Source: Vicugna vicugna
Taxonomy: Eukaryota
Reading direction: 5' to 3'
DNA: 64,000 bases
Assembly (NCBI GenBank): GCA_013265495.1
Contig: MU061579.1
Location: 1-64,000, forward strand
The notes under the pieces are model-generated. The model was not told the DNA's origin and did no database searches. It saw only the letters and a program-made list of their open reading frames with translations. Both the position numbers and the translations under genes were made by a program. How positions within the stretch are numbered: position 1 is the stretch's first letter; the number at the start of each line of letters is the position of its first letter. This document shows, in pieces, positions 25,399 through 37,955 of the stretch.

Positions 25399-25433
<35 letters not shown>
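25399..25433. repeat. (TGA)n microsatellite
   Basis: About 11 units read directly. Confidence 0.95.
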
Positions 25434-25494
25434 GTGGTAAAAGATCATATTCAGTGAGTCTCTGGCATATAATGAAAACTCTACAAATAATATT

Positions 25495-25695
25495 TAACTA
25501 CTACTATTGCTAAACACATTATATGTGTTATTTTGTTTAATCTCTGAAAGATTAAATTATTTCCAACTTAAATATGAGAAAGCAGAATATCAGAAAGACT
25601 GAATAGCTTATCCAAGGTCCCACAGCTGATGACCAAGGGGATTGATGTGAAAAACAAAATTTATTTAATTTCAAAACTATCTTTCTAGCCATCTT
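25495..25695 (-). mobile_element. MIR SINE
   Basis: 'atgagaaagcagaatatcagaaagactgaatagcttatccaaggtccacagct' resembles antisense MIR core. Confidence 0.65.
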
Positions 25696-26499
25696 TTGTA
25701 CTTCTTCAGGTGTAGAGACAGTGCTTTTTATGTCTCTGAGTACAAACTGGCTGACACTGTCATTCACATATAGTCAATACTCAATAATCATAAAAATTTT
25801 AAATATTTTGTTGATTTCACTGACAAAAGAAAGTTTTACTATATTTAATACTTAATTATCTTAACACCTGAATGTTTAAGGAAGCAGCATAATATGCTTG
25901 GAAAAAAATGAATGAATAATGAGTAACTGTGTAAGCATACTCAGGAATTTCTCATTTGGTAATCTATTCCAAGAAACCCAATCCTAATTAAGAAAAAAAT
26001 GTAGCGTTAAAAAAAAAGTGTTCATCATAACACTATTTAATTTTAAAATCTGGAAATAGTCCATTCAGTAGATTAGTTTTTAGGTATTAAAATTCCATTT
26101 ACAAAATGATGGAAATAACATGAAAAATGGAGTAATTCTGGTGCGTTTACCATTGAGAAAAATATATTTTAAAGATTCAGTAAGAAAATAAGTTAAAACT
26201 AAAGCCTTCCAAGTCTGTCACCAACTTCTAATACAAATATTTTGTCATGTGCCCCAGAACTCTTCATGTTTATGTATTGACCTTGAGGTTCAGCAACTAC
26301 CAAGGACACAACTCCAGGGCTTCCCGACATCAGGCTGTGGACACCAGAAATCATCTACCTCCTCCTCTAGACATTAAAAGCCAAGAGTGGTCCTTCCTTG
26401 ACTTTATGGTAATTCCATTTAGTTGGCAGCATGCCATGTATTAGCTCCTTGGTCCCCCCAATGACCCTATAAGGGATCTATGCAAGAGACGCTTCCAAT

Positions 26500-26876
26500 T
26501 TCCATCCAGGCAGATGGGAAATCTTCATTTCTAAGCCTCCTGTGCAGTTCTGCGGAACAGTGTGACTGAGTTGTAGCCAATGGAAGGTAGTGAGGGGATG
26601 ATGTCACTTCTTATTTGGCCAAAAAAATGTTCTGCAGTTTTCTATGCTGTCTTCCCTCCATCCAACCATGGAGGCTAAAATCAGAGAGCTCCAAGAAAGC
26701 AAGAAGAAAGGAGGGAGATGCCCTGAATGCATCACTTAGGGGAGAACGACCTAGGAGAGCTGTCCAGTGAAGATAGCTGAATCGAATTTTGTGTGAAATG
26801 AAGTAAATACTCAAAGTTTGAAGATTTCAAAGTTCATCTCTGCCATATCATGGTCTAGCCTTCCATATCCAATGCA
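26500..26876 (+). mobile_element. MaLR LTR (MLT1I/J-like)
   Basis: 'catttctaagcctcctgtgcagtt...tgtgactgagttgtagccaatggaag...tgtgaaatgaagtaaatact...ctagccttccatatccaatgca'. Confidence 0.6.
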
Positions 26877-27370
26877 TTATCATTATCTACATGCTTCATA
26901 TGAGGAAACTAAGGTGTAGAAATATGAAGAACTGGTGCAGGTATACATAGAAACAGTGAAGACAGAATAAATATAAAATCAGTTTGACATCAAAGCTTGC
27001 ATCTGTTCCATTATAAAAATCAGTACTGTCACTTTAATTATAAACATGTATATATTTTAATACTAAAACTTGGTAAAAATTAGAAACTCAATAGGGGAAA
27101 AGGGAATATATTTTGTTAAAACTAAAAAAAAGGTATTGCAGGAAACTGAAAATCAGATTATAAAGAATATTTTATTAAAGTAAGGTCCATAGGAAAAGAA
27201 AAACACAATTATGTGTATACATATATGTGTGTGTGTGTTCTGAGTCCAATTTTGAACATATACAACACAGAAACTGGCTTGAAATCAAACCTAATAATAT
27301 GTTTACAGTGGTTTTCCTATGAAAAGTGGGAGTATGGAACAATTTTACTGTTTTCCTTTATTATGTATTT

Positions 27371-27513
27371 AAATTTTTTTTTTAAATTTATTTTTTGAGG
27401 GGGAGGTAATTTGATTGATTGATTGATTGATTTATAGAGGAGGTACTAGGAATTGAACCCAGGACCTTGTGCATGCTAAGCACGTGCTCTAGCACTTAAG
27501 CTATCTCCTCTCC
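27371..27513 (-). mobile_element. Vic-1-type SINE
   Basis: 'gaggaggtactaggaattgaacccaggaccttgtgcatgctaagcacgtgctctagcacttaagctat'; TSD cctttattatgtattt/cctttatcatgtattt. Confidence 0.9.
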
Positions 27514-28816
27514 CCTTTATCATGTATTTTTCAGTTTGAGGTAATTATGTATTACTTTTTAATCCAGGAATTATGTATTAGGTGGAAGGTGTAGGCAATT
27601 TATACCCCTTTGACCTCAAGGCAGCACTTGATTCACAGGTCCATTCATAATCCTGTGTGTTTCAGAAACACCTGAGTGCGTGGACGACAGCCACTTTTGT
27701 TGTCCCCAGTGGCCGTGTTTGCAGCTGGTGATATTTTTCTGTCAAGAATCATAACTTTTGTTTTCTGTACTGAGACACCTTTCTAAGTGGTTCATGATGT
27801 GTGTCATGAATATCTTTTATTGCTGTGCCTTCATTGAACTAAAATGGATCGCTATTAGTTAAATGTAGGCAATGTGTACATTTCTTTCTTTTTTTTTTTG
27901 TCAAATGATTGTGACTCTATCAACATATATATTGTTTGGGTATTTTTAATTTTCAGTGCTGTTTGTAATGTTATACAAGCCTTCTGCAAACTCTTGGGAT
28001 GATTTAATTCCTATATAAAACATTGTGGGCAACTTTAGTGCTGACAAACTGTCCCAGGCAAAAGCTCAAAAGCAAATCAGTCAAAACTAATCCAAGGTTC
28101 ATTAATCACTTAATATGCAGAACCAGCGTTCCCATAACTGCCTTCTACAGAAGAGAGTTAAAACGGCACTTCTGCTGTTCTCAGTGCCTGATTCTTGAGA
28201 CTAAGGGGGAATAGGATATTTCTCCTGTTGGTTTGCAGGCTATAGACAGAACAAAACAAAAATCTTATTTAGAAAGGATTATTCTATTTTCCCTTACTCA
28301 TATTAATATCTTGATGTTCTAAGTTAATTTCTTTTTAATAATGTGAAACTAATCTTTGTCTTTATTGTCTTCAGAAATGTTTGCTTTTGAAAACAGAGCC
28401 AGCAATAAATGTCAAACATGAAGTTTTACCCTCAAAATTTCTCTCTGGAGGGATGGGGGTGTTTATGAATTTAAGTCAACCAAGACCAATTTTAGGACTT
28501 ACAAAGAGCATTCCTTAATCCTTTGAGTGAAACAACAGACATGTAGCCAAAAAAAATTAGAGATCTGGACTAAAATGTAGAGAACCACCATTCTGTTCTT
28601 TATGCTAATTCTATTAGCATTCTACATGTATTAATTTATTAGTTCTGTGTTTGGCAGTTGGTATTTTAAGTAGAAATTATTTCATCAACTGTTGTTTTAT
28701 TCTCAGTTTAATATAATTTTTTAAAAGTTACTGTTGAGACATGTTATGTTTATCTCAATGAGAATTTTAGTGAAGTATCAGGTTTTGATTTCATTAATTG
28801 AATCAGAAATAGGTAG

Positions 28817-29326
28817 TGTAGAGGAGACAAAGTTTTTCTTCCACCATCTAGGGTCTTCAAATGTATCTGAGAATTAAACTGACATAAGACACTAACAGGA
28901 GAAAAACACACAAGTTTATTTAATGTATGTTCTACATGACATGGAACCTTTCTAAGGAAAAGAAGACCCAGAGAAGTAGCAAAACCAGAGTGCTTCTGTA
29001 TGAGCTTGAACAAAGGAGACAGTTGTGGAATGGTAACCAAAATATATGAGGAGGCTATAGGTTAAGATTTAATTAGGTCTGTTTGTGCAGAATTCTCTTG
29101 GCCTCAAGTCTCTGTCTTTGCTGTTAAGAATGTTTCTTTTCTTCTGGTATGGGGAGGACATCTTACCTATGGGAGTTTTAGCCTCTGCTTTCAGGAAGAA
29201 GAAAAGAGGATTTCTCCTTTCTTCCAAATGATTTCTCACACTTGCTTTTTTCCCAGTGCCTTTGGCTCCAGATAATTCTTATGCCAGAGTGCGATATTTT
29301 GGGTTGGCATATTCTGCCACCTTTCA
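28817..29326 (-). mobile_element. ERV1 solo LTR, MER34-like
   Basis: Minus strand begins 'tgaaaggtggcagaatatgccaacccaaaatatcgcactctggcataagaattat', has AATAAA, ends '...ctctaca'; degenerate 4-bp TSD gtag/gtaa. Confidence 0.85.
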
Positions 29327-29574
29327 GTAATGACTCTGATACTTTGATATTTTGCAGTTATTTTATTTTTTCTCCTTTAGCATCTTTTCATGATTTGCCT
29401 TTATTCGTCAACTTTGTGTGCTCTCAGTCAATTGCTTCTTGGCTTTTAGTAGGCAGATTTCTTTCCTGTCTATACACTAAAATCATGTGTAGGGAGACAG
29501 ATTTTGATTCCTTTCATTACAAGCCATACTTGTTTTGACTAGTCGAAAACTATTCATAAAATGATGGCAAGCCA

Positions 29575-29815
29575 TGGTACACAAGTGTCTAGGGGTCCAG
29601 ACTGTAGACTATGAAAAAAACATGCTTATGTGTTGCCCATAGCACATTGTAACAAAGTGAAACCCACGGGCTTTTTTTTAACATCTCAGCTTCTTTATTT
29701 ATAAACTGGGGATGATAAAAATGTCCTTATTATGACATTAGACATCTTATGAGTTGTTGACATAAAGACAAAATAATGCATAGAAAGTGCTTCTTTGCTA
29801 CCTATATGCTATTAC
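29575..29815 (+). mobile_element. MIR SINE
   Basis: 'taacatctcagcttctttatttataaactggggatgataaaa...ataatgcatagaaagtgctt'. Confidence 0.65.
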
Positions 29816-30654
29816 AATATATACAAACTAATTATTTAGTGTTCTCTTCTGGTCCTTCTGTGAGCATGCCACTCCATCCACTATGGTAAACACACCTTTG
29901 TCAGTTCCTCCTCTGAAAACTATGTCCTTTTGATTCTACCAGCATAGCTGTTACAGAATGGATTGATCTAACTATTCATTCCAGTTTAGATGATTCATAC
30001 ATTCATTGTGCTCTTTGGAATAAATATGTTGAAAATAAATTAATGGTTAATAGTCTGTACAATTTTGAGAATTTCTAAGTGATACCATACAGAGTTATCA
30101 TGACTGTGTATAGTGAATTTGAGGCATGATAATAGAGATTTGAGGATGATAAATTTCAAGTTGACTGGATTTTGCTCCACCAATAATCCTACTAAATTCC
30201 GTTCTTGAGACCAAGTATGCATCCCAGAATATATTGTTTCAGACAAAACATGAGGAGGATTAAATTCAGTTAAAAACTTTACCACATGACATCTTAGGTG
30301 ACTAGAACAGCTTACCTATCTTTCCTCTGTATTCATTAATCTCTTCTAGATTTCCAGAAAGGGGAATACCAAGGTAACCTTGCATTAGCAATGAACAAAA
30401 AGGAAAAAAAAATACTAATTTGCAGGAATAAGTATTTCACCAAGTACAGTACTGTTAAAAAATAAGTGTGAGATCTTCTAGTTAGAAAAAAAGCTTAATT
30501 GAGTTTTGTTTTAACCTTAGGGCCATTCTCCATCTTTAATTTATTAAGTTGAGTTGTGACTTGAATTTAGAGTTCGCTATTCACCTTTTGCAAATTTCTA
30601 CTGTATATCTACTAGGAATAGTGTTTGTGGGAAATGCTTTGTAATATCTGGGTT

Positions 30655-31030
30655 TATTGAGTCATTGAAAATATGTATTGAAGTCTCTGTATGAAATACG
30701 CTGTTTCTGGTGCTGTGATTTCAGTGATGAGCAAGAAAGAGAAGATTTCTGCTCACAGAAAATTATAAACTGATGACAGAGAAAGGCAATTAACTTTAGT
30801 GCTGAGTGTTAGGAAGTACATGTGATGGTGGAATAGGATCTACAGTGACTGGAAGTGATGGAGTCAGGGAGCCTTGAATTGGTTGATTAGAGAAGGATAT
30901 AATATTTTAGGCTGAATCTAAGTAGGTTCAGTGGGGGAAAGAAATCTATCACTTTATGATTTGTGTGAAAATTACTCCAGGCGAGTATAGCAGATTCAAA
31001 GGTCTTAATGCTGTAGAAGTTTGTTCTAAG
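30655..31030 (-). mobile_element. L2 3' region
   Basis: 'aaatatgtattgaagtctctgtatg...tttcagtgatgagcaaga...ctgctcacaga'. Confidence 0.55.
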
Positions 31031-31257
31031 GATATACAAGATAGCTTGAAATCATGGGGGTTTCTCTTGCCAGCAATACAGCCACTCTGGGCCCGACAGT
31101 GAAAAACTTATCCTGGAAACTATTCCTCACAGATAGCTCCTTATAAAATGATGTACCTTGAGAGCAATGTTTGTACTCTTTGGTCCTAGTTCATTATACA
31201 CGTAATAAACACCTGGCCAAAACTGACTTTGTCAGAAGTATAGAATTTACATTTTAT

Positions 31258-31937
31258 TTCCAGACACACACATACACATGCCAAGTCTTCTTTATCCAGT
31301 CATCTGCCGATGGACATTGGACATTTGGGTTGTTTCCATGTCTTGGCTATTGTAAATAGTGCTGCTGTGAACATTGAGGTGCCTTTGTCTTTTTGAATGA
31401 TACTTTCCTCCAGATACATGTCCAGGAGTGGGATTGCTTGATCATATGATAAGTTTATTCGTAGTTTTTTAAGGAATCTCCATACTGTCCTCCATAGTGA
31501 CTGCACCAATTTATATTCCCAACAACAGTATAGGAGGGTTTCTGTTTCTCCACACCCTCTCCAGCATTTATCACTTGGCAAGTTTTTAATGGTGGCGATT
31601 CCGACTGCTATGAGGTGATAACTCATCGTAGTTTTGATTTTGCATTTCTCTGATAATTAGTGATACTGAGAATTTTTTCATGTGCTTATTGGCCATCTGG
31701 ATATCTTCTTTGGAGACATGTCTGTTTAGGTCTTCTGCCCATTTTTTGATTGGGTTGCTTATTTTTCTGGTATTAAGCTATATGAGCTATTTGTATATTT
31801 TGGAAATTAGTCCCTTGTTGGTTGCATCATTTGCAAGTATTTTCTCCCATTCTGTGGATGGTCTTTTCATTTTGTTGATGGTATGCTTAACTGCAAAAGC
31901 TTTTAAGTTTAATTAGATCCTATTTGTTTATTTTTGT
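31258..31937 (-). mobile_element. Artiodactyl-type L1 ORF2 C-terminal fragment lacking 3' UTR and poly(A)
   Basis: ORF 31300..31626 gives 'KCWRGCGETETLLYCCWEYKLVQSLWRTVWRFLKKL...MFTAALFTIAKTWKQPKCP', the L1 ORF2 cysteine-rich C-terminus. Confidence 0.92.
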
Positions 31938-31967
31938 GGCCATATTCTCTATATGCACATAATTTTT

Positions 31968-32105
31968 AAAAATTATTTTTGTTTTGTGGGGGGAGGTAAT
32001 TAGGTTTATTTATTTGTTTATTTATTTAACAGAGGTACTGGGGATTGAACCCAGGACCTTGTGCATGCTAAGCACGCACTCTACCACTGAGCTATACCCT
32101 CCTTC
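31968..32105 (-). mobile_element. Vic-1-type SINE
   Basis: 'gaggtactggggattgaacccaggaccttgtgcatgctaagcacgcactctaccactgagctataccctcc'; TSD acataattttt at 31957 and 32107. Confidence 0.92.
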
Positions 32106-32119
32106 TACATAATTTTTTT

Positions 32120-32270
32120 AAAAAACTATTGTATAAAGAACACTTAATGTGAGATCTGCCCTCTTGAGAATTTTTCAAGTATACAGTATATTATGATTGG
32201 CTATAGATGTAGCCACCATTCTACTCTTTAGGTCAAATTCATAGAATCAAAGAGCAGAATGGTGCTTGCA
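32120..32270. mobile_element. Short old L1 (L1MA/L1MB) 3'-end fragments in opposite orientations
   Basis: Antisense 'gaacacttaatgtgagatctgccctctt' followed by sense 'gtcaaattcatagaatcaaagagcagaatggt'. Confidence 0.55.
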
Positions 32271-33201
32271 CATGACTTTTATATTCTAATATGAAGGGTG
32301 ATATCTTAAGCTAAGCTACACAGAGATGACCTCTCTTATGCCCATCCTATCCTTACTTGCCTTTTGGCTCATGCACCCATCCCTGGGGCAGGAGGTTTTG
32401 TTAGTCCATCAAGGTCACATTGAAGAAGGCAAAAAAATTTAGGAAGAGGCCTGAGGCCGTTCTTTCCAGGAAAGAATGTGAGCTTGAAAGGCAGTTCATA
32501 TCTCCGGGATGCATCCTTGTTGCATACTTCCTCGGAGTGACTGGAGAATGGTACTAGATATCCAAACAATAACCACCCAAAATAGTTTTCATTAATCATA
32601 CGACTTAGGCTAAATAGTGTTTTCTAATTCGAATATCTAGTAAACTAACTCAGTTCTTCACTCTGCCTCGTGGGTATAAGCATTTGTTCAATTCCTTATC
32701 TCTCAACTTCGAATAAGAACTTGATTTACTTTCTCCCTCAGGATATTTTTAAAAATAATTAAATGACAGGATATAAAAACATGTATTTCTTTTTTCTATT
32801 TAGATAAGTTCTTACATATTCAGACATAGAGGCATATCTCATTTTGCTAAACAGATATGTTTCTGAATAGTTGCCTATAAATCAAATTTCTATGTATTAA
32901 AATTGATTTCCTTATTGGCTTTTATTATAAAATAAGATATGCCTGGAGATATACTCCTTTAGGGAATTAAAAATAAACTGGTCCTAAAATGCAAATGACT
33001 GACATCCAGAACTGCTGCAAAAATACTAAGACTCAGACATTTAAAGAAACAATGGCACTTTTTAATTTTAATATTATTTAAATAATAACCCCAAGAAGAA
33101 TTTTACTTATGGCATAATTCTGATATTCCATATCTTAAAAGTTGGGGGGTTAAAAATAAGATAAGCTACCTTGAAAAAAAGATGAAATAAAAAATCCCTT
33201 C

Positions 33202-33343
33202 GGGAGGAGGATGTTTAGGTCAAGTGGTGGAGCACATGCTTAACATGCATGAGGTCCTGGGTTCAGTCCCCAGTACCTCCTCCAAAAATAAACAAACCAA
33301 CCTCATTACCTCCCCACCAAAAAGCAAAAACAAATTAAGAAAG
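33202..33343 (+). mobile_element. Vic-1-type SINE (more diverged)
   Basis: 'tcaagtggtggagcacatgcttaacatgcatgaggtcctgggttcagtccccagtacctcc...attacctcccc'; degenerate TSD aaaaaatcccttc/aaaacctccttc. Confidence 0.85.
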
Positions 33344-34879
33344 AAAACCTCCTTCCATCTTTTGCCAGCCTACCTCTTCTTTGTTCTGTAATCAGAAAAG
33401 AAAATGCAACCAATTTGATTCCAAAGACTCCATACAAACTGGGAAAGCATGTTTAGCTGGAATAGTTGGAGGCTCAGAAAGAATCTGTCCTAAATGCAGC
33501 CATAAGTGAACAACAGAGGCACGTTCAGGGTGATGTGTAATTACTGTCAAATGAAGTATGACAGTTCGTGGCTTGGCATTGAGTGAGGAGCCCACCACGC
33601 AAGTGCTGATCACTGCAACAAGTTCCTAATTCTCGGTAAATCAAAGGCTTCCTTCACTGGGCTTCAGTCGCTTGTCATTGAGGACAGAGTCTGAGGGTAA
33701 GGGAAGGAAAACAGGTAGAGGAGGGGGAAGGGGTAACATCTATATGAAAACCAAACTAGAGACTTTACAAATTCTACTTTCACATAACTCTCACCACACA
33801 CCTGCTAGGGAGTTACCAATTGTCAATTTATTGTTGTGAAAACCAAAGCCATTTAGAAAAGACCAAATAAGCCAGGATATAAATTCAGTGCCGTTAGACT
33901 GCATATTCTTATTCTTTCCAAATATCTTTCTGAATGTGTCTAATGTGCCTATGATCACAAAGCTGGATTGTTGAAACATGTCACTGGTGTGCAATCCTGT
34001 GTTGTGTACAACATTCCAAAGTGATAGGCAAAGACCAAAGAGAAATCAGCCTGTCCTCACTTGAAAGATTGTTTTGGCTTCTGATCTTGTATCATGATTG
34101 ATATGCTAACTTAGTATGCAGGCTTTATTTCTGTCACCTAAAAATGGAATCCTCGAGGAATTAAACTATATGGCACAGGTCTGTGGAAAGAGCAAAGCAA
34201 CACAGAACAACAAAACCAAACATCCAACTCAATATTCCTACTGAGAAAACTGCTTCTTTCTGTACTAGGCCTTGGTACCTCGGAGGATATTTCTTACTTT
34301 GCCTTCTATTTCTGTCTTCCTTTGGGGGGAAAAACATACACTGGCATTTTACATTTTAGGAGTCTTGAGAAATAGGTTATTAGACATCATTTGAGACTTT
34401 GCTCATTCTCACAATATACTTATTAGAAATGGGAAGTATGAGATTTAAATTTTATATTACTTCCAGAATAAATATTTTATTCAGTAGCAATAATGCAGAA
34501 TCATGTAATTTCAAAATAGCATAATTAGTTGGGGCACCTTAGTAATAAAACCAAAAATGTGTATATTCCAAGAATAAACAGTTACATTGGCTAAAATATC
34601 AGAGAGAACACGTCACCCTGTATTTTTTGATAGCCTGACATGACGGGGAATCCAGAAGTCCCTTGGGATCAAAACAGCTAATATTCTGAGTAATTAAGAA
34701 AGTAATAAAAATGCATCCCTGAACTGGCATGGAATTCAGAATCCAAGAAAAGGTGAAACTAGACATTTTATGAGATAGCTCGTGCCAAAACGACTTTACC
34801 CACAGAAAATTTCTGCCAAATCTTGAGTCAAAGAATGTATGCCCTGAATTTAGGATCTGTAGATAAGAGACAAAATCTT

Positions 34880-36410
34880 TAGATGCAAGCAATGTGAAGC
34901 ATTTCATAGAAAATTCAGAGGCTCCAGCTGCAGTGTAAAGGGTTATAAAGAAATAAATCCTGCTGGGAAGAATGCGACAGTCAGAGATGTTCCTGTCTCA
35001 GAGTTGGCACTAGAGGAGGAGAAAAATTTATGTATTTCCACTGAGAATTCATAACCATGGGCATCCCTTGATTTTGCAGTGAAATTCAAACTTCTCCTAT
35101 TTTTAAGAAACCCCTTTAAAAAGGAGATTTTAACTTAAAGCAATGCCAAGGTGGTGAAGCCCACAAGTTACTCACAGAAGCCAACACACATTTCTCTGAA
35201 AAAAATCATTTTAAATAATGTTTGTGTACTTTCTTATGTTTTTGGATTAGTCAGATATTTGTTTTAGACCATTTCTTCTCTATTAGCTAATTTGTTGTTA
35301 ACTTTCTCTTATTTCAACTATTAGACTGGGGCTTTGCCACACGATATGTTAATCACTAGCTACACAGTTCTGATTAAAATAAATTTGTTAAAATTAAAAA
35401 AAAAATTGGCACACAGGCCACATTTCACGTGCTCACTGTGGCTAGCCAACAGCGTGGAACCGGGCAGGTATACAACATCTGCATCATTACAAAAGTAACA
35501 CCGTATACACGACTCATTGTCATATTACAGATGATTTCTCTTTGCATTCGTCTAATCAAGACATAATTAGAGATGTTTAACTCCAGTCATACTTTCTATA
35601 TTTTGCACTATTTTCATGCTTTTAAAACTCTACATATCCTTAAACTGCAAATGTCAGTACTTACATTTTGTATGGTAAATACTCATATTTATTTACTCTT
35701 TCTCAAACCCTTCTTTCCCTCTATTTCTTTGGTGATATCCAGGATCATCTTCCTTCTGCCTTTGATTTTCTTTAAGGATAGGCCCGTTGGTGGTGAGTAA
35801 TCTGTTCCTGTTTGCCATCATCACTGAATGACCTATTAGCTGGGCATAGAAGATAAACTTTCCAAGGTGAACACCAAACAAAGTAAACTGGAGGGGCTGC
35901 ATTAATATAGGAAAAAAGACATTAAACAATTTTAAGTGAAGATAAAATATAACCTAGGACCTACCATTCCATTACTAAGTATATAAAACATTTCCTATAA
36001 GCATTATTCATAACAGCTCAAATATGTAAAAAATACTAATGCTTATCAATTAGATACTGGAATAAAAACTCTGAGGTTTATTTATATAATGGAGTACATA
36101 CCATACTTTATTGAAAATCGATCAGCTATAGCCAACACATCAAGCTGTGCGCATTAAAGCATATTTAATATAATTAAGAAGAAAAGGAAAATAGAGAAGA
36201 ATACACCCAGTGAGATTCCACTTATATAAATTTTATGATAAGCAATAATAATAATATATTTTAGAAAGTGATACAGTTAGGAGAGTAGCTGTTCTGGAGA
36301 GCCATCTACAATACTGGGAAAATCTTATTTTATTATTTGAGTGGCATTCCTATTCAGTGTCCACTTTATTACTAATGTGATTTTCTGTATACATAATTTT
36401 TCTGTATATG
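34880..36410. mobile_element. Cluster of decayed L1ME-like fragments with a MER3-like hAT fragment at ~35340-35500
   Basis: L1-like segments in both orientations; 'gccacatttcacgtgctca...tgtggctag...aacatctgcatcattacaaaagt' resembles MER3. Confidence 0.5.
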
Positions 36411-36841
36411 ATCATTTTAAAATGTATTTCCTGATTAAAATACACAGATATATTAATTCATATGTTCTCTGCCGTCTCTTTAAAGGGCAGGCAAGAATGT
36501 TGCCTTCCCATCTAATTAGATAATCTGGAAATTTCTCTGAATAGTACCTCAGTGCATTGTTTTCTGGCTTGCTTCTCAACAGGAGCTGAGAGCGGGGTCC
36601 CGTATAGTAATTGTGTCCAGTAAATGCTGCTTTGGAAATTAGATCCATAGTTCTGATTTCTAGAGTCAAACCTGCGGGTGAAATTGTCTCCAGGGTTTGA
36701 GGCTTCAGTAGATGCTCGTGTCGTGTGTTTTTCTCTTATTATAGACTTTTTTCTTTTTAATTGATAACTAGTAATCATCTCCATTTCAAATTTTCCACAA
36801 AATGTTATTTAACCTCATAAGAACATACACTGGAAACTTTT

Positions 36842-37012
36842 TTTTGGTTTAAAAAATATTTATTTACTTACTTTACATTGTCTTTTATGGGGTAGGTAAT
36901 TAGGTTTATTTTTATTTATTTACTTTTTTTTTTTAATGGCAGTACTGAGGACTGAACCCAGGACCTTGTGCATGGTAAGCATGCCCTCTACCACGAGCTA
37001 TAGCCTCCCCAC
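36842..37012 (-). mobile_element. Vic-1-type SINE
   Basis: 'gtactgaggactgaacccaggaccttgtgcatggtaagcatgccctctaccacgagctatagcctcccc'; TSD tacactggaaactttt/tacactgcaaactttt. Confidence 0.9.
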
Positions 37013-37559
37013 TACACTGCAAACTTTTACAGGCTTTCTTTTAGAAAAAAAAAATTCTCAAAATATTGCTTTGACATCTTTGGTCTCTACATATGATTAA
37101 GTCTTCCATGTTGTGTACAGTTATATATAGTTTCATTCAAAATTAGTGTAACAACTCAAGAGGAGAACTATAGGATAAACATACTACATGAGTTTAATGC
37201 TAATTAGCAGCAAAAAATATCAAGATTCCAAAGACCATTTTTATATGACAGACAACATTCATTTTCTGTCTAGAAGTTAAGCCTGAGATCCAGAGCCTTG
37301 TCTGCCTGATTCCTTGTCATAGTCACGGCATATACGAGTCGTGTGTAGGTGATATCTAAATCCATATCTGTATCTATGGCTTTATCTGTCAATAGAGATC
37401 TTATCCATTTATTAATGTTTTGTAATGCATTCAAGCGTTTTAAAATCCAAACAGTAGAAGAAAAGCCCGTAGAAAAATCTTGTTCTTTTGCTGGTTTTAT
37501 TCATCCCCAGTAGTTCTTTTTTTAAATTTTCTTTTCTTCCTTTTAACATGGACAATATG

Positions 37560-37955
37560 GCCTAGAAATATATTTATATCTGTAGAACAGATTATCCCAG
37601 CCCCACTTTTTTCATTGTAACCACTACTCCAATGAGCAGTATTATGCACACAGTATTTTGTGTATTTGCAAGAAGAGCAATTGGATAGAGTCCCAGAAAT
37701 GGAATTGGTGGATCAAAAGTAAATTTCTTTACCATCTGAATAGATACTAGATTGCCCTCCCTGGAGGTTATTACGTTTTTGCACTCCCAGAAGCAGTGTG
37801 CAAGAGAACCTCTTTTCCAACAGCCTCAGTAACAGAATCCTGCAGGGAATTTTAGATTTTGGCTCATCTGAGTTCATAAAGTGTATCTCAAAGCACTTTG
37901 AACTTACATGTCTCTTCTTATGAGTGATGCTAAACATGTTGTATGTTTGTAACAA
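37560..37955 (-). mobile_element. L1ME-like ORF2 3' fragment
   Basis: 'ggatagagtcccagaaatggaattggtggatcaaaag...attgccctcc...gcactcccagaagcagtgtg'. Confidence 0.65.

Noticed and set aside
32357..32540. Possible minus-strand exon (ccag acceptor at 32541, GTAAGG donor at 32356)
   Set aside because: Stop codons in all three frames and a weak polypyrimidine tract; cannot be supported without transcript data.
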